Positions 18,760-28,471 of a stretch of DNA of 64,000 nt are shown here, one piece after another (positions within the stretch are counted from its first letter, which is position 1; every line of letters starts with the position of its first letter). Source of the DNA: Deltaproteobacteria bacterium. GTDB taxonomy: Bacteria; Myxococcota; Kuafuiibacteriia; Kuafuiibacteriales; Kuafuiibacteriaceae. Made by a program: the position numbers and the translations under genes. The stretch is from assembly GCA_040218735.1 (NCBI GenBank), contig JAVJQW010000042.1, positions 32,001-96,000 on the forward strand. Reading direction: 5' to 3'. The notes under the pieces are model-generated. The model was not told the DNA's origin. It searched no databases and saw only the letters and a program-made list of their open reading frames with translations.

Positions 18760-20388
18760 TCAGAACGCGTACCAGGTGAACGTCGTGAAGGCCGCCCAGG
18801 GATCACTGAGCACCTGAACGTTGCCGTCGAAGAAGTTACCCACCGCGAGGTAACCCACGTGCAGGCCGACCGTCATGAGATAGCGAATGTGCCAGTTGAG
18901 CTCCGCGTTGACCTCGAGGCCCACCGTCCGCCCGCGCTCCACGCCGTCGGAGGTCGCCGGGGGCTTCACCATGCTCTGTGCGTAGGCGACGCCGCCCTTG
19001 ATGTTGAGTTTGTACGGGATGAGGTCGTAACTCATGGTCGCGATGGCGCTCATGAGTCCGAACCCCTGGTTCGAGATATCGGTGACCGCTCCGGTGTAGT
19101 TGCTCACCGTTTGTGTGAAGGGGAAGAGGAGCAGCGTCTTGTGGTTGAACCAGACCGCACCCGGGAGGCCGTAGTTGTTGAGGGTGAAGGCGCCCGTGTA
19201 TTTGTCGTCGCCGGGTGTCGAGTCACCGCTCGTGAGCATGGTCTCGAACGTGATCTTGTCGTTGGTGGTCTTGCCCCAGTTGTACATCAGCTCGAGGTTG
19301 GCCGACATGCCGAGGATATCGATCGATTGGTTGAGCGCCGTGTCTTCACGCTGACTCGTGAACCCACCCGCGTTCAGCATCGCGAAGCCGGAGGCGCCGA
19401 ACGGGCCGGTCCTGAAGTTGATGTTGTGGTGGAAGTGCGCGCCCAGATACTCCACGTTGCCCGACGCCGCCTCGATGCTCTGACGCGCGACGCCCGTGTA
19501 CGGGAAGAGCCCGGTCGAGCCAGGGCCGCTCTTGACGAGGCCCTCGAACGCGAAGGCCGAGCCCTGCGTGTCGTCCTGCAGGTGCCAGTAGGAGACGCCA
19601 ATCACCGTGCCGGGCTGGATCTGATACGCGTAGTCGGCGGTCGCCATCCACGCGAAGGCCAGCGATGGGTCGTCCTCGGTCGCCTTGTTGGGTTGCCCGG
19701 CCCCAATCGGGATGAAGCTCGCCTTCCACAGACCGCCGATGCGTGAGTACGCGGAGATGCCGGTCGCGTCCGTCCCGAAGAACGTGAGTTTGTAGCCGGT
19801 GCGGACGATGTCGAAGAGCGACGTGATGGCGGGGTCGTAGATCGTGTCGTAGATCGATTGCGTTCCGACCGTGATCGCCAGCTTGTACGGGTTGCGGGTC
19901 GGGTAGATGGAGACGTTGACGTTCTTCGTCTGGATGTTGACCTGGTCGGCGTTGAAACCACCGCCCTGGTTGTTCTGAATCTGGTTCGCAGCCTGGCCCC
20001 AGAGGTAGTCCACCTCGAACTGCGCGCGGAATGTCGCCAACCCATCCGCGAAGTCCGGGCTGTACGCGAGCACCGGAATCCATCGCTGCTCGATGTAGAC
20101 CGCCTCGGTCCCGGGACCGACACGGGTCTCACTCCCGGCGGCCTGCCCGAACGGACCCAGCGACACGCCGCGAAGACCAGCGGGATCCGCGAGCTGATTG
20201 GTCGCGGTGCCCCGCGTGAAGAAATAGTTGATGAGCGTGAACTCGGAGGGGTTCGGGTCCTCGCTCCGGTCGTTGCGCTCCTGCCAGTCCAGGTAGAGGA
20301 GGCCCGGTCCTGTGGGCGGGATGGCGTACGCAGCGCGCACGTCGAGCAGCGCCGCCGCCACGGCGAGCGTGATGATTCGAGCTTTCAT
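18760..20388 (-). CDS. Outer-membrane beta-barrel (porin-like) protein
   Basis: Signal peptide, alternating beta strands, C-terminal TTFTWYAF with terminal Phe. Confidence 0.75.
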   Translation of the reverse strand: MKARIITLAVAAALLDVRAAYAIPPTGPGLLYLDWQERNDRSEDPNPSEFTLINYFFTRGTATNQLADPAGLRGVSLGPFGQAAGSETRVGPGTEAVYIEQRWIPVLAYSPDFADGLATFRAQFEVDYLWGQAANQIQNNQGGGFNADQVNIQTKNVNVSIYPTRNPYKLAITVGTQSIYDTIYDPAITSLFDIVRTGYKLTFFGTDATGISAYSRIGGLWKASFIPIGAGQPNKATEDDPSLAFAWMATADYAYQIQPGTVIGVSYWHLQDDTQGSAFAFEGLVKSGPGSTGLFPYTGVARQSIEAASGNVEYLGAHFHHNINFRTGPFGASGFAMLNAGGFTSQREDTALNQSIDILGMSANLELMYNWGKTTNDKITFETMLTSGDSTPGDDKYTGAFTLNNYGLPGAVWFNHKTLLLFPFTQTVSNYTGAVTDISNQGFGLMSAIATMSYDLIPYKLNIKGGVAYAQSMVKPPATSDGVERGRTVGLEVNAELNWHIRYLMTVGLHVGYLAVGNFFDGNVQVLSDPWAAFTTFTWYAF

Positions 20389-20407
20389 GGTGATTCTCTC
20401 GGGAGCG

Positions 20408-22987
20408 CTACTGGATCGAGTAGACCTGCAAGGCGTTACCCATGAATGGGTTTTGGCTCAGGGTCACGGTGGTATCGCCCACGTCGCCGTCCGCGCAGCG
20501 GTGACCCACGGCCTGATCCTTGAAGAAGAGCTCCAAGGTCATCTCGGAGCCGTCTTCGGCGATCGTTCCGCGACCCTCCTGGGCGAACCCGGGGTAGGTC
20601 ACGGTGAAGTCGAAGCACTCACCGTTCCCGCGGACGTTGTTGATGATAAACGCGGTCGAGACGAACGTGAGCTCACTCGACAGCCGCGTGTGGTCACAGC
20701 TCCCGGCGTCGCCGACTTCGTCCGCGTTCATCAACGTGCCGAGCTGACTCACGACGGTGACGCGCCCCGCGGACGGGGTCATCATCACACTCTGATAACA
20801 CTGCGTGGCCTGCCCGAAGTTGATGTTTTCGTCGTAACCGTTCGGGTGCGACGGAATCTGCATTCCGGTCATCGTGAGCGTCTTGCCGTCGAGGTACGCG
20901 TTGAGCTTCGAACCGGTGCTGTACGCACCCGTCGAGGTCTGGCCGCTACCGTAGAGGTCCTCGCCGCTGCACGCCGCGAGGAGGCACGCCGCGACGAGCG
21001 CCATCCACCGACGCCGGCGGAGCAGCGCGCCTGCGCAGATGAGTACGAGCCACGTCGCGGACTCGGCGCCCCCGGGCATCGAAGTGCAGCCCCAGCGCTT
21101 CTTCCCGAGCAGCACCGGCTCGCTCGGCTCCGGCTCTTCCATGTGCTGGATGGTCACGCCGATGGTCACGTTGCCGAGGTTGCCGGCGGCGTCGAACGCA
21201 CGCGCCGTCATCATGTGCGAGCCCTCCGCGTAGGTGTTGAGGTCGACGAGGAACTCATAGGGCGCGTTGTAATCCGTCGCGACGAGGTCGTCGTCCAGGA
21301 ACAGCAGCACGGAGTTCATCGCCACGTCGTCGGTAGCGTTGGCTACGATCGTGTAGACGCCGCCGATCGTCGCGCCGTCTGCCGGGTCGGTGATGGAGAC
21401 GGTGGGCGGCGTGGTGTCACCGGCCGAGCCCGCGACGACGGTAACCGTCACCGAGGACTCGCCGGTGTTGCCCGCGGCGTCGGTCGCCCGGGCGAGAATG
21501 GTGTGGGCGCCTTCGGCGACCGAGCCCGCGTTCCACTGCACCTCGTACGGCGCGGTCATCGCCGTGCCGGCGGGCGCACCGTCGACCTCGTAGTCGACGC
21601 GCGCGACGCCGAAGTCATCGGTGGCGTTCGCGGTGAGTGAGACCATCCCGCTGACTTCGGCGTTGTTCGTCGGAGTCAGGAGCGTGATCGTCGGTGCGGT
21701 CGTGTCGTTGACGCCGCCGGTGACGGTCACGGTGGTGTCGGCGTCGGAGGCGTTGTTACCCGCGGCGTCGTAGGCGACGGCTTCGATCGTGTACGCGCCG
21801 TTCGCGAGACCGACGAGGCTCCACGAGTACATGTACGGAGCGCTGTTGAGCGTGGTCTCGAGGTTGCCGTTGATCAGGATTTCGACGCGCGTCACGCCGG
21901 TGTCGTCCGTCGCTTCGACGGTGATCGTCGCCACCGAGGAGACCATCGCGCCGTTCGCCGGCGCCGTGACGTTCACCGTCGGTGGCGTGCGGTCCCCCAT
22001 CATCATCCCGCCGCCGTCGAGGCCGAACGACTCGGCGATGCGACGCGCTGAGCAGATGCCCGCGTCGAGGAAGAACGCGCCCGCCTGACCGCAACCCTCC
22101 GCCGGGACGACCGGTGTGCCGTGACCCATGCCGGGGATCTCGAAGTACTCGACGACCTCCTGGCCGTTCGCGATGTGGACCTCGTGGGTTGCGCCGTCGA
22201 CGGTCTCCGTCATGTCCGGCGTCGCATCGATCCCGTGGACGTTCGTCCACTGCTCGACGGTCTCTTCGGCGGTGCGCGGTCGCACCGTGCTGTCGCTCGT
22301 TCCGTGCCAGACGCTGACCTTCGGCCACGGCCCCGTGTACCCGGTGAAGCCGGCGCGGGCCCGGTCGCCCCACTCCGAGGCGGTGCGGTCGATGCCGGGG
22401 TTCAGGCAGGTCGAGACCTCGGTGAACGTCGTCGTGCAGTTGTACGGGATGCCGGCGATCGACGCGCCACCCGCGAAGACGTCGGGATAGACCGCGAGCA
22501 TCAGGTTCACCTGGGCGGCGCCGCCCGAGTGACCCGAGAGGTAGATGCGCGCGGGATCGATCGAGTAGCTCGCGAGCATGGTGTCGACCATCTGCTTGAT
22601 GGAGAGGTTCTCACCTTCGCCGCGCATCAGATTGGTGGGGTCGCCGTACTCACCAGCCCAATTGAAGCAGCGCAGCGCGTTGTTGCCGGTCTGCTGCTCA
22701 GGATAGAGGACGTAAAAGCCCAGCTCGTCCGCGAGCTCTTCCCAACCGGCCTTGCGGTACTCACTCGCCGTCTGCGAGCACGCGTGCAGCGCGAGCATCA
22801 ACGGCGCGTTGTTCGGAGCGTTCGGCGGGACGTACTCGAACGCCTTGAGGCCGCCGGGGTTCGAGCCGAAACCCGTGAGCTCCGAGTAGGTGCCGGCGCC
22901 GAGGCCGGTGACCGCGGTGTCGAAAGAATATTCGGCGCCGCAGGCGGTCGTGAGAGAGAAAATGAGTACGAGGCTCTTGGTTTTCAT
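20408..22987 (-). CDS. Extracellular PHB depolymerase-family esterase + 3 Big domains + internal MYXO-CTERM-like motif + fused lipoprotein domain
   Basis: FGSNPG, LHACSQ, CFNW, GHSGG lipase box, WHGTSD, GMGH; three D(T/R)T(A/P)PT Ig repeats; GC-TM-RRRR followed by LLAAC. Confidence 0.88.
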   Translation of the reverse strand: MKTKSLVLIFSLTTACGAEYSFDTAVTGLGAGTYSELTGFGSNPGGLKAFEYVPPNAPNNAPLMLALHACSQTASEYRKAGWEELADELGFYVLYPEQQTGNNALRCFNWAGEYGDPTNLMRGEGENLSIKQMVDTMLASYSIDPARIYLSGHSGGAAQVNLMLAVYPDVFAGGASIAGIPYNCTTTFTEVSTCLNPGIDRTASEWGDRARAGFTGYTGPWPKVSVWHGTSDSTVRPRTAEETVEQWTNVHGIDATPDMTETVDGATHEVHIANGQEVVEYFEIPGMGHGTPVVPAEGCGQAGAFFLDAGICSARRIAESFGLDGGGMMMGDRTPPTVNVTAPANGAMVSSVATITVEATDDTGVTRVEILINGNLETTLNSAPYMYSWSLVGLANGAYTIEAVAYDAAGNNASDADTTVTVTGGVNDTTAPTITLLTPTNNAEVSGMVSLTANATDDFGVARVDYEVDGAPAGTAMTAPYEVQWNAGSVAEGAHTILARATDAAGNTGESSVTVTVVAGSAGDTTPPTVSITDPADGATIGGVYTIVANATDDVAMNSVLLFLDDDLVATDYNAPYEFLVDLNTYAEGSHMMTARAFDAAGNLGNVTIGVTIQHMEEPEPSEPVLLGKKRWGCTSMPGGAESATWLVLICAGALLRRRRWMALVAACLLAACSGEDLYGSGQTSTGAYSTGSKLNAYLDGKTLTMTGMQIPSHPNGYDENINFGQATQCYQSVMMTPSAGRVTVVSQLGTLMNADEVGDAGSCDHTRLSSELTFVSTAFIINNVRGNGECFDFTVTYPGFAQEGRGTIAEDGSEMTLELFFKDQAVGHRCADGDVGDTTVTLSQNPFMGNALQVYSIQ

Positions 22988-24471
22988 CGGGAGGCTCCCA
23001 TCTGAGCTTCATGCACGGGCGCAGTCTTGGTCTTGCGCACCAGGCTGAGTACGCCGAGCGTGAGTAGCGCGGCGAAGATGCCGAACGTCGCCGAGAAGGC
23101 GGGGTTCAGCACGCCGCCGTCGACCCACACCACCGAGCCGTACACGGCGACGTGTACGAGCGGTGCGACGATCGACGCAGCGAAGACGTCGTTGGCGGCG
23201 GGCTTCGCGAGGATGCCGCAGGCGATCGGGACGAGCGACGCCGCGACCAGGCCGTAGATGCCGACCTGCGCGAAGATGCCGACGAGCTTCGGCGGGTCGA
23301 GCGCGAGCACGAAGCTCACGACGCCGAGGCCCACGAGGATGTAGCGGCTCGCCTTGAGCGCCATCTGCTGGCGCTGTTCTTCGGGGAGCTTCTTGCCGAC
23401 GAGGCCGAGGAAGACGTCGTTGGCGGCGATGGTCGAGGCGGAGACCAGGATGCCATCCAGCGTGCTCATCCCGGCCGCGAGGAGCGCGACGCTGATCAAC
23501 ACACCGACGATCGGCGAGAACGCGCGCGCCAGGTACGCGGGCATCACCGCGTCCTGCGCGGCGAGGTCGGGGTAGGCGACGCGAGCGTAGAGGCCGGCGA
23601 GGAGGACGGCCGTGTAGATGATGCACACGACGGAGCCGACGAGGAGGTAGCGCGGAACGTCGGAGTCCTTACCGAGGTAGAGCGACTTGGTGAGGATGTG
23701 CGGTTGCGCGACGAGCGCGACGCCGACGACGAAGCCCGCGATGTACACGGTGAACACGTCGCCGAAGAGCGGGCTCTTCGGGTTCACGAACGCGACGAGG
23801 TTCGGGTCGATGGCGTCGACGCGCGCCATGAACGGTCCGATGCCGTCCGCGAACAGGTGCAGGCCGGAGGCGACGATCGCGAGCGCGACGATGACCATCA
23901 GGCCGCCCTGAAACGCGTTCGTGAAGACGTGCGCGTAGGTGCCGCCCATCAGGATGTACGAGAAGACGAACCCGACGATGATGACGAGCGACGCGATGTA
24001 CCCGATGTGCAGCGTGTGCTGCATGACGAGCGCCGAGCCTTTGACGATGAGCACCACGAACGTGACCGCGGCGATGAGGTTAAGGACCGCGAAGTAGGTG
24101 CGCATCGGCCGGTGGCCGTAGCGCGCGCCGATCCAGTGGGGCAGAGTCAGCGCTCCGTCGGCCATCCCCTGTTTCCGGAACCCCTTGCTCAGCACGAGGA
24201 GGCCGAAGAGGACCCCCGAGAACGACGCGACGCCGAGGTGCATCAGCGCGGACAACCCGTGCGCGTAGACGAAGCCGGGGTTGATGACGAACGTCGCCGT
24301 GCTGGCGATGGCGGCCGCGAGCGTGATGCCCGTGACGACCGGTCCGAGGTCGCCGTTGCCCAGCGCGAAGCCGGACAGCGTGGTGGTCTTCTTCATCCCG
24401 CGCAGGGCCAACCCCGCAGTGACGAGCGCGTAGGCGCCGAATGCGATCCAAGCGACGAGCTCCGGTGTCAT
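22984..24471 (-). CDS. Sodium:solute symporter (PutP/ActP-like SSS family)
   Basis: Many TM segments; STATFVINPG, QPHI, AAGMSTLDG; GGAGG RBS before the ATG at 24471. Confidence 0.92.
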   Translation of the reverse strand: MTPELVAWIAFGAYALVTAGLALRGMKKTTTLSGFALGNGDLGPVVTGITLAAAIASTATFVINPGFVYAHGLSALMHLGVASFSGVLFGLLVLSKGFRKQGMADGALTLPHWIGARYGHRPMRTYFAVLNLIAAVTFVVLIVKGSALVMQHTLHIGYIASLVIIVGFVFSYILMGGTYAHVFTNAFQGGLMVIVALAIVASGLHLFADGIGPFMARVDAIDPNLVAFVNPKSPLFGDVFTVYIAGFVVGVALVAQPHILTKSLYLGKDSDVPRYLLVGSVVCIIYTAVLLAGLYARVAYPDLAAQDAVMPAYLARAFSPIVGVLISVALLAAGMSTLDGILVSASTIAANDVFLGLVGKKLPEEQRQQMALKASRYILVGLGVVSFVLALDPPKLVGIFAQVGIYGLVAASLVPIACGILAKPAANDVFAASIVAPLVHVAVYGSVVWVDGGVLNPAFSATFGIFAALLTLGVLSLVRKTKTAPVHEAQMGASR

Positions 24472-24519
24472 GGTGATCCCCTCCTGGCTTCGGGGGAGGA
24501 AGCGGTCCCGCCGAAGCGC

Positions 24520-24556
24520 ATGCTGCATAGCAACATTTGTTTTTGCATAGCAACAT
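24520..24556. promoter_or_regulatory. Tandem PhaR-type boxes upstream of the symporter operon
   Basis: TGCATAGCAACAT at 24524 and 24544 (20-bp period) in an AT-rich patch. Confidence 0.7.
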
Positions 24557-24604
24557 CGGATGTTCGACCGGGGTGTTTTCGCAGCGGCGTGATACCTGTG
24601 TCGG

Positions 24605-25582
24605 GTGCAGCGGATGCTCGAGCTGACCTCGGCGCCGACGCTGGCGGTCGAGGCGGACGCGTCGTCCGCGCCCCAGCCGTTCCAGTATCAGGGCTCGAAA
24701 CGGGCGCTCGGCGACACGATTCGGCGGGCCCTCCCCGAGGCCCATCGGCTGGTGGAGCCGTTCGCCGGCTCCTCGGCGGTGACCCTGGCGGTCGCGGCGG
24801 ACGGGGGGGCCGAGCGGTTCTGGCTGAACGACTTGAACGCGCCGCTGATTGCGCTGTGGGGGGCGATCGTCGAGGACCCCGACGCGCTGGTCGACGCCTA
24901 CGCCGCGTGGTGGCGACGGGGCCAGGACGAGGATCCGAAGGCGGTGTTCTTCGAGGCGCGCGACGCGTTCAACGCAGCGCCGCGGCCCGAGCTGATGCTC
25001 TATCTGCTCGCGCGCTGCGTGAAGGGGGCCGTTCGGTACAACCAGGCCGGTGCGTTCAACCAGTCGGCGGACAACCGGCGGCTGGGGACGCGGCCCGAGA
25101 CGCTGCGGACGCGGTTCGCCCAGATCGCGTCCGCGCTGCGCGGGCGGGTGGAGCTGACCTCGCTCGACTTCGAGGCGGTCCTCGACCGGTGCACGCGGCG
25201 CGACGTCGTGTACCTGGATCCGCCGTACGAGGGCGTCACGCGAGGGGCCTCGAAGCGCTACCTCGAAGGGATCGACCGCGACCGTTTGTTGGATCGGCTC
25301 GACGATCTCGTCCGGCGGCGGGTGCCGTTCGTGCTCTCCTTCGACGGGAGCTCCGGGGGCCGAACGTTCGGCAAACCCCTCCCGGCGCGGCTCGGGCTGG
25401 TCCGGATCGACGTCCGCGCGGGGCGCTCGAGCACCCAGACGCTCCACGGCCGGACGGCGGAGACGGTCGAGGCGCTCTACCTGTCGCCCGAGGCCGCGAA
25501 GAAGTCCCATTTGTGCGTTGCAGCATGCGAGAACGGTCCGGAAACCTCGCACCTCGACTCGGCCGGGGCCGATAAGGTCTGA
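24605..25582 (+). CDS. Orphan Dam-like (D12 class) N6-adenine DNA methyltransferase
   Basis: PFQYQGSKR, EPFAGS, NDLN, YLDPPY. Confidence 0.92.
   Translation: MQRMLELTSAPTLAVEADASSAPQPFQYQGSKRALGDTIRRALPEAHRLVEPFAGSSAVTLAVAADGGAERFWLNDLNAPLIALWGAIVEDPDALVDAYAAWWRRGQDEDPKAVFFEARDAFNAAPRPELMLYLLARCVKGAVRYNQAGAFNQSADNRRLGTRPETLRTRFAQIASALRGRVELTSLDFEAVLDRCTRRDVVYLDPPYEGVTRGASKRYLEGIDRDRLLDRLDDLVRRRVPFVLSFDGSSGGRTFGKPLPARLGLVRIDVRAGRSSTQTLHGRTAETVEALYLSPEAAKKSHLCVAACENGPETSHLDSAGADKV
25511..25526 (-). promoter_or_regulatory. PhaR-type box in the methylase 3' tail, upstream of ORF 25588
   Basis: Reverse strand reads ATGCTGCAACGCACAA. Confidence 0.45.
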
Positions 25583-25587
25583 CAGGT

Positions 25588-26874
25588 ATGGGCAACACGG
25601 TCGACGGCAAGCGCGCTTCGATCCAGGTGCGCTCCTCGGCGGCGGTCGAGGACGTCCCGACCAGCGGCTCGGGCGTCTCTCAGACCCCGCTCCAGGTCGG
25701 GCTCGCCCCCGCGCAGATCCCGGTCTCGACCGGCACCCCCACCAACCTCACCGGTCGCGACTTCCCGCGCAACGGCGCGACCGGCGCCCAGGCCGCGCTC
25801 ACCGTCGGCCGCTGGAACCGCGCCGGTGGTTTGCTCGTGACCGCGAGCTCCGTCCGCGCCGTGCTCGACTCCGGCGACCTCTCCTCGATCCACCCACCGA
25901 TCCCACGAGCCCTGTGGCCGGTCGCGACGTCGCTCGCGCAGGCGCTCTCCCTCGATGGCGTGCTCGGGAAGAACAGCCCGCTCGGCGCGCGCGGCGCGGT
26001 CGGCGACGACCCGATGAACCCGTCGTTCTGGATGCGGCTCATCGGCGACTGGTCGGGCTTCGCGCAGATGATGACCCAGTACGGCGGCGCGCTCAGCGGC
26101 ATGGGCTCACTCGGCGGCAAGGGCCCCCTCACGCCGGAGGCGATCGAGGCGCTGAAGGTCCTCGGTCCGATCGCAACCCAGCTTGCACCCGGCGGGTTGT
26201 TCACCGCGGTGGGTCCGGCCGGTGGTCTGGGCGCGGCCGGTGGTCTCGGCGCGGCGGGTCTGGTCGGAGGCCACGGGTTCGCCACGAACGACCGCGGTGA
26301 CTTCGTCGACGAAGAGGGCGAAGTCGTTCGCCACACCGACGTCAGTTACAAGGGCACGGAGCGCCGTGTGCAACTCACCGAGCTCTACACCGAGGCCGAC
26401 CTCGAGGGCCGCGCTTCGACGGACGCCGCGTTCATGGTGCGCGGGACGTTGCCGGAGGGTGACCCTGCCGATGAGTTCGACTTCACGTCGAGGCACGATC
26501 AGTTCGTCACGCTCACCGTCGTCCCCGAGACCAACGACGCCTATTACCTCGACCTCCTCGACCGCGACGGTAACGTCATCACCACGTCGGCCCTGGACGA
26601 CGGCGTGAACTACATCCAGGTGCAGACCCAGGCCGGCGACGAGCTACGCGCACGTGTCCGGCGCGGTCCGTCGGCCGAGAACCGGATGCCGCACCCCACC
26701 GCGATGATGATCGACGCCGCGCTCGCTCCGCTGGAGATCTGGGCCGCCGGGATGCGCGGGTGGATGGGCATCGAGAAGCCGGAGCCTGGGTACCGGTTGG
26801 TGGTGACACCTTCGACGAAGGAAGTCAGCACGACCGACATGCGCGGGGATCACCAGATCCAGCCGCCGGTCTGA
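25588..26874 (+). CDS. Hypothetical protein with a Gly-rich middle and a PPC-like beta-sandwich C-terminus
   Basis: Coherent 428-aa ORF; DEFDF...DAYYLDLLDRDGNVI; GCCGATAA 12 bp upstream. Confidence 0.65.
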   Translation: MGNTVDGKRASIQVRSSAAVEDVPTSGSGVSQTPLQVGLAPAQIPVSTGTPTNLTGRDFPRNGATGAQAALTVGRWNRAGGLLVTASSVRAVLDSGDLSSIHPPIPRALWPVATSLAQALSLDGVLGKNSPLGARGAVGDDPMNPSFWMRLIGDWSGFAQMMTQYGGALSGMGSLGGKGPLTPEAIEALKVLGPIATQLAPGGLFTAVGPAGGLGAAGGLGAAGLVGGHGFATNDRGDFVDEEGEVVRHTDVSYKGTERRVQLTELYTEADLEGRASTDAAFMVRGTLPEGDPADEFDFTSRHDQFVTLTVVPETNDAYYLDLLDRDGNVITTSALDDGVNYIQVQTQAGDELRARVRRGPSAENRMPHPTAMMIDAALAPLEIWAAGMRGWMGIEKPEPGYRLVVTPSTKEVSTTDMRGDHQIQPPV

Positions 26875-26882
26875 TCGGGAGG

Positions 26883-28427
26883 TCACTTCTCCAGCGCATC
26901 GAGTCTTCGCTCGAGCGCCCGCAACCGAGCTTGCGCCCCTTCGTAGTCCGAGGACAGGCGCTCCCGCGTCACGTCACCGATCAGTAGATCGATCCGATCC
27001 GCGCGATCCGGACGGGCGGCCCGTACTCGCTGCGCGCGCGACAGGAGCGCCGCGGCCGAAGCCTCGAAGCGCTCCCGCGGTGTTTGTTCGGGAGGCGGCT
27101 CCGTCTCCACCGGGCGGCGCCGACGTCGGACCGTGCGGGTCGGTGTGCTCGTCGCGACCTCGCTCGCGGCGTCACGCGTACCGGCGTCGCGCACCGCCTT
27201 GATCGGCGAAGGGCGCACGCCCGGCTGCGCGACGACGGTCGCCACCGTCGCGTCACGCGGCGCTGGTGTCACGTCGCGGCGCGCCCAAAGCACACCGACG
27301 GCGATCCCTATCGCCGTGAACAACACGGACGACGCGGCGAGCGCCACGATCCATCGCGTCGCACCGGTCGCACCGGTCGCCGGTGGCTTTCGCGCGGGCG
27401 GCGTCACGTCGTAGACGTCCGACGACGCGTAGATCTCCACGGTCGGGTACACGTCGCGTCGTGTCTCGTCCTCGAACGACAGCGCGGTGACGCGAGGGTC
27501 GGGCCGAATCGTCGTCTTGGCGAGGACGTCCTCCATACCCGCCCACGCATCCGTCGCCTCCGCGTTGCGACGCACGGCTTCGAGCGCCGCGACGAACGAA
27601 GCCGCGTCCGGATACCGGTCCTCCGGGGTCCTCTCCAGCGCGCGCTCCACCGCCGCGTCGAGGACCGGCGAGACGTCCGCGCGCAACTTCGAAGGTGGAA
27701 CGAAGCGCACGGCGGCCGCGTTCTCCAGCACCTCGGCCACCGACTTGCTCGTCTTCACGTACCGCCGCAGCGTCAGCATCTCCCACAGCACGACGCCCAC
27801 CGCGTAGAGGTCCGCGCGGCGGTCGACCTTTGCGCCGACGAGCTGCTCCGGAGACATGTACCCCGGCGTCCCGACCACGGCGCCGGTCGCCGTTCGCCAC
27901 GATTGCCGGTTCGACTTCCCCACACCCAGGTCGACGATGACCGCGCGCTTCGAGTCGGTGATGATCACGTTCTTCGGAGCGATGTCGCGGTGTACGAACC
28001 CGAGGTGCGCGCCGCTCTTGGGGTCCTTCGCGTCGTGCAGCGCCTCGAGCCCGCGCAGCATGTCGAGCGCGATGTCCACCGCATCGAACACCGGGATCCG
28101 TCGGTCGCGACTCGTCAGCATCCGGAGGATCGCGCTCAGCGGTGCGCCCGAGACGTGCTCCATCGCGATGTAGAGCTGACCGTCGATCGCACCCAACGCG
28201 TGCGCGCGTGCGAGGTACGGGCTGTCGATCCGCACCGCCATCGCGGCCTCGTGTTTGAAGCGTGCGACGACGCGCTCGTCGTCGAAGAGGTGCCGGTGGA
28301 GCGCCTTGATGACCAGCAGCCCGGGCGTGCTCCCGGCGAGGCGCGCGAGGTAGACGGTGCTGGAGGCGCCTTCGCCGAGGCGCTCGAGCAACAGGAACGG
28401 CCCGAACCTTTTCGGGAGGCTCTCCAA
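26883..28427 (-). CDS. Membrane Hanks-type Ser/Thr protein kinase
   Basis: LGEGASSTV, VIK, HRDIAPKN, DLG, GTPGYMSPE, TM segment. Confidence 0.95.
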   Translation of the reverse strand: MESLPKRFGPFLLLERLGEGASSTVYLARLAGSTPGLLVIKALHRHLFDDERVVARFKHEAAMAVRIDSPYLARAHALGAIDGQLYIAMEHVSGAPLSAILRMLTSRDRRIPVFDAVDIALDMLRGLEALHDAKDPKSGAHLGFVHRDIAPKNVIITDSKRAVIVDLGVGKSNRQSWRTATGAVVGTPGYMSPEQLVGAKVDRRADLYAVGVVLWEMLTLRRYVKTSKSVAEVLENAAAVRFVPPSKLRADVSPVLDAAVERALERTPEDRYPDAASFVAALEAVRRNAEATDAWAGMEDVLAKTTIRPDPRVTALSFEDETRRDVYPTVEIYASSDVYDVTPPARKPPATGATGATRWIVALAASSVLFTAIGIAVGVLWARRDVTPAPRDATVATVVAQPGVRPSPIKAVRDAGTRDAASEVATSTPTRTVRRRRRPVETEPPPEQTPRERFEASAAALLSRAQRVRAARPDRADRIDLLIGDVTRERLSSDYEGAQARLRALERRLDALEK

Positions 28428-28471
28428 CGACGCGAGGTTATCACCTCTGTGATGGGCGTATAGTACGCAGC

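Noticed and set aside
23152-25575. 807-aa + strand ORF
   Set aside because: Antisense to the symporter and out of frame with the methylase; Arg-rich with no motifs.
24605-26874. Type II restriction-modification pair
   Set aside because: The downstream ORF shows no PD-(D/E)xK, HNH or GIY-YIG motif.
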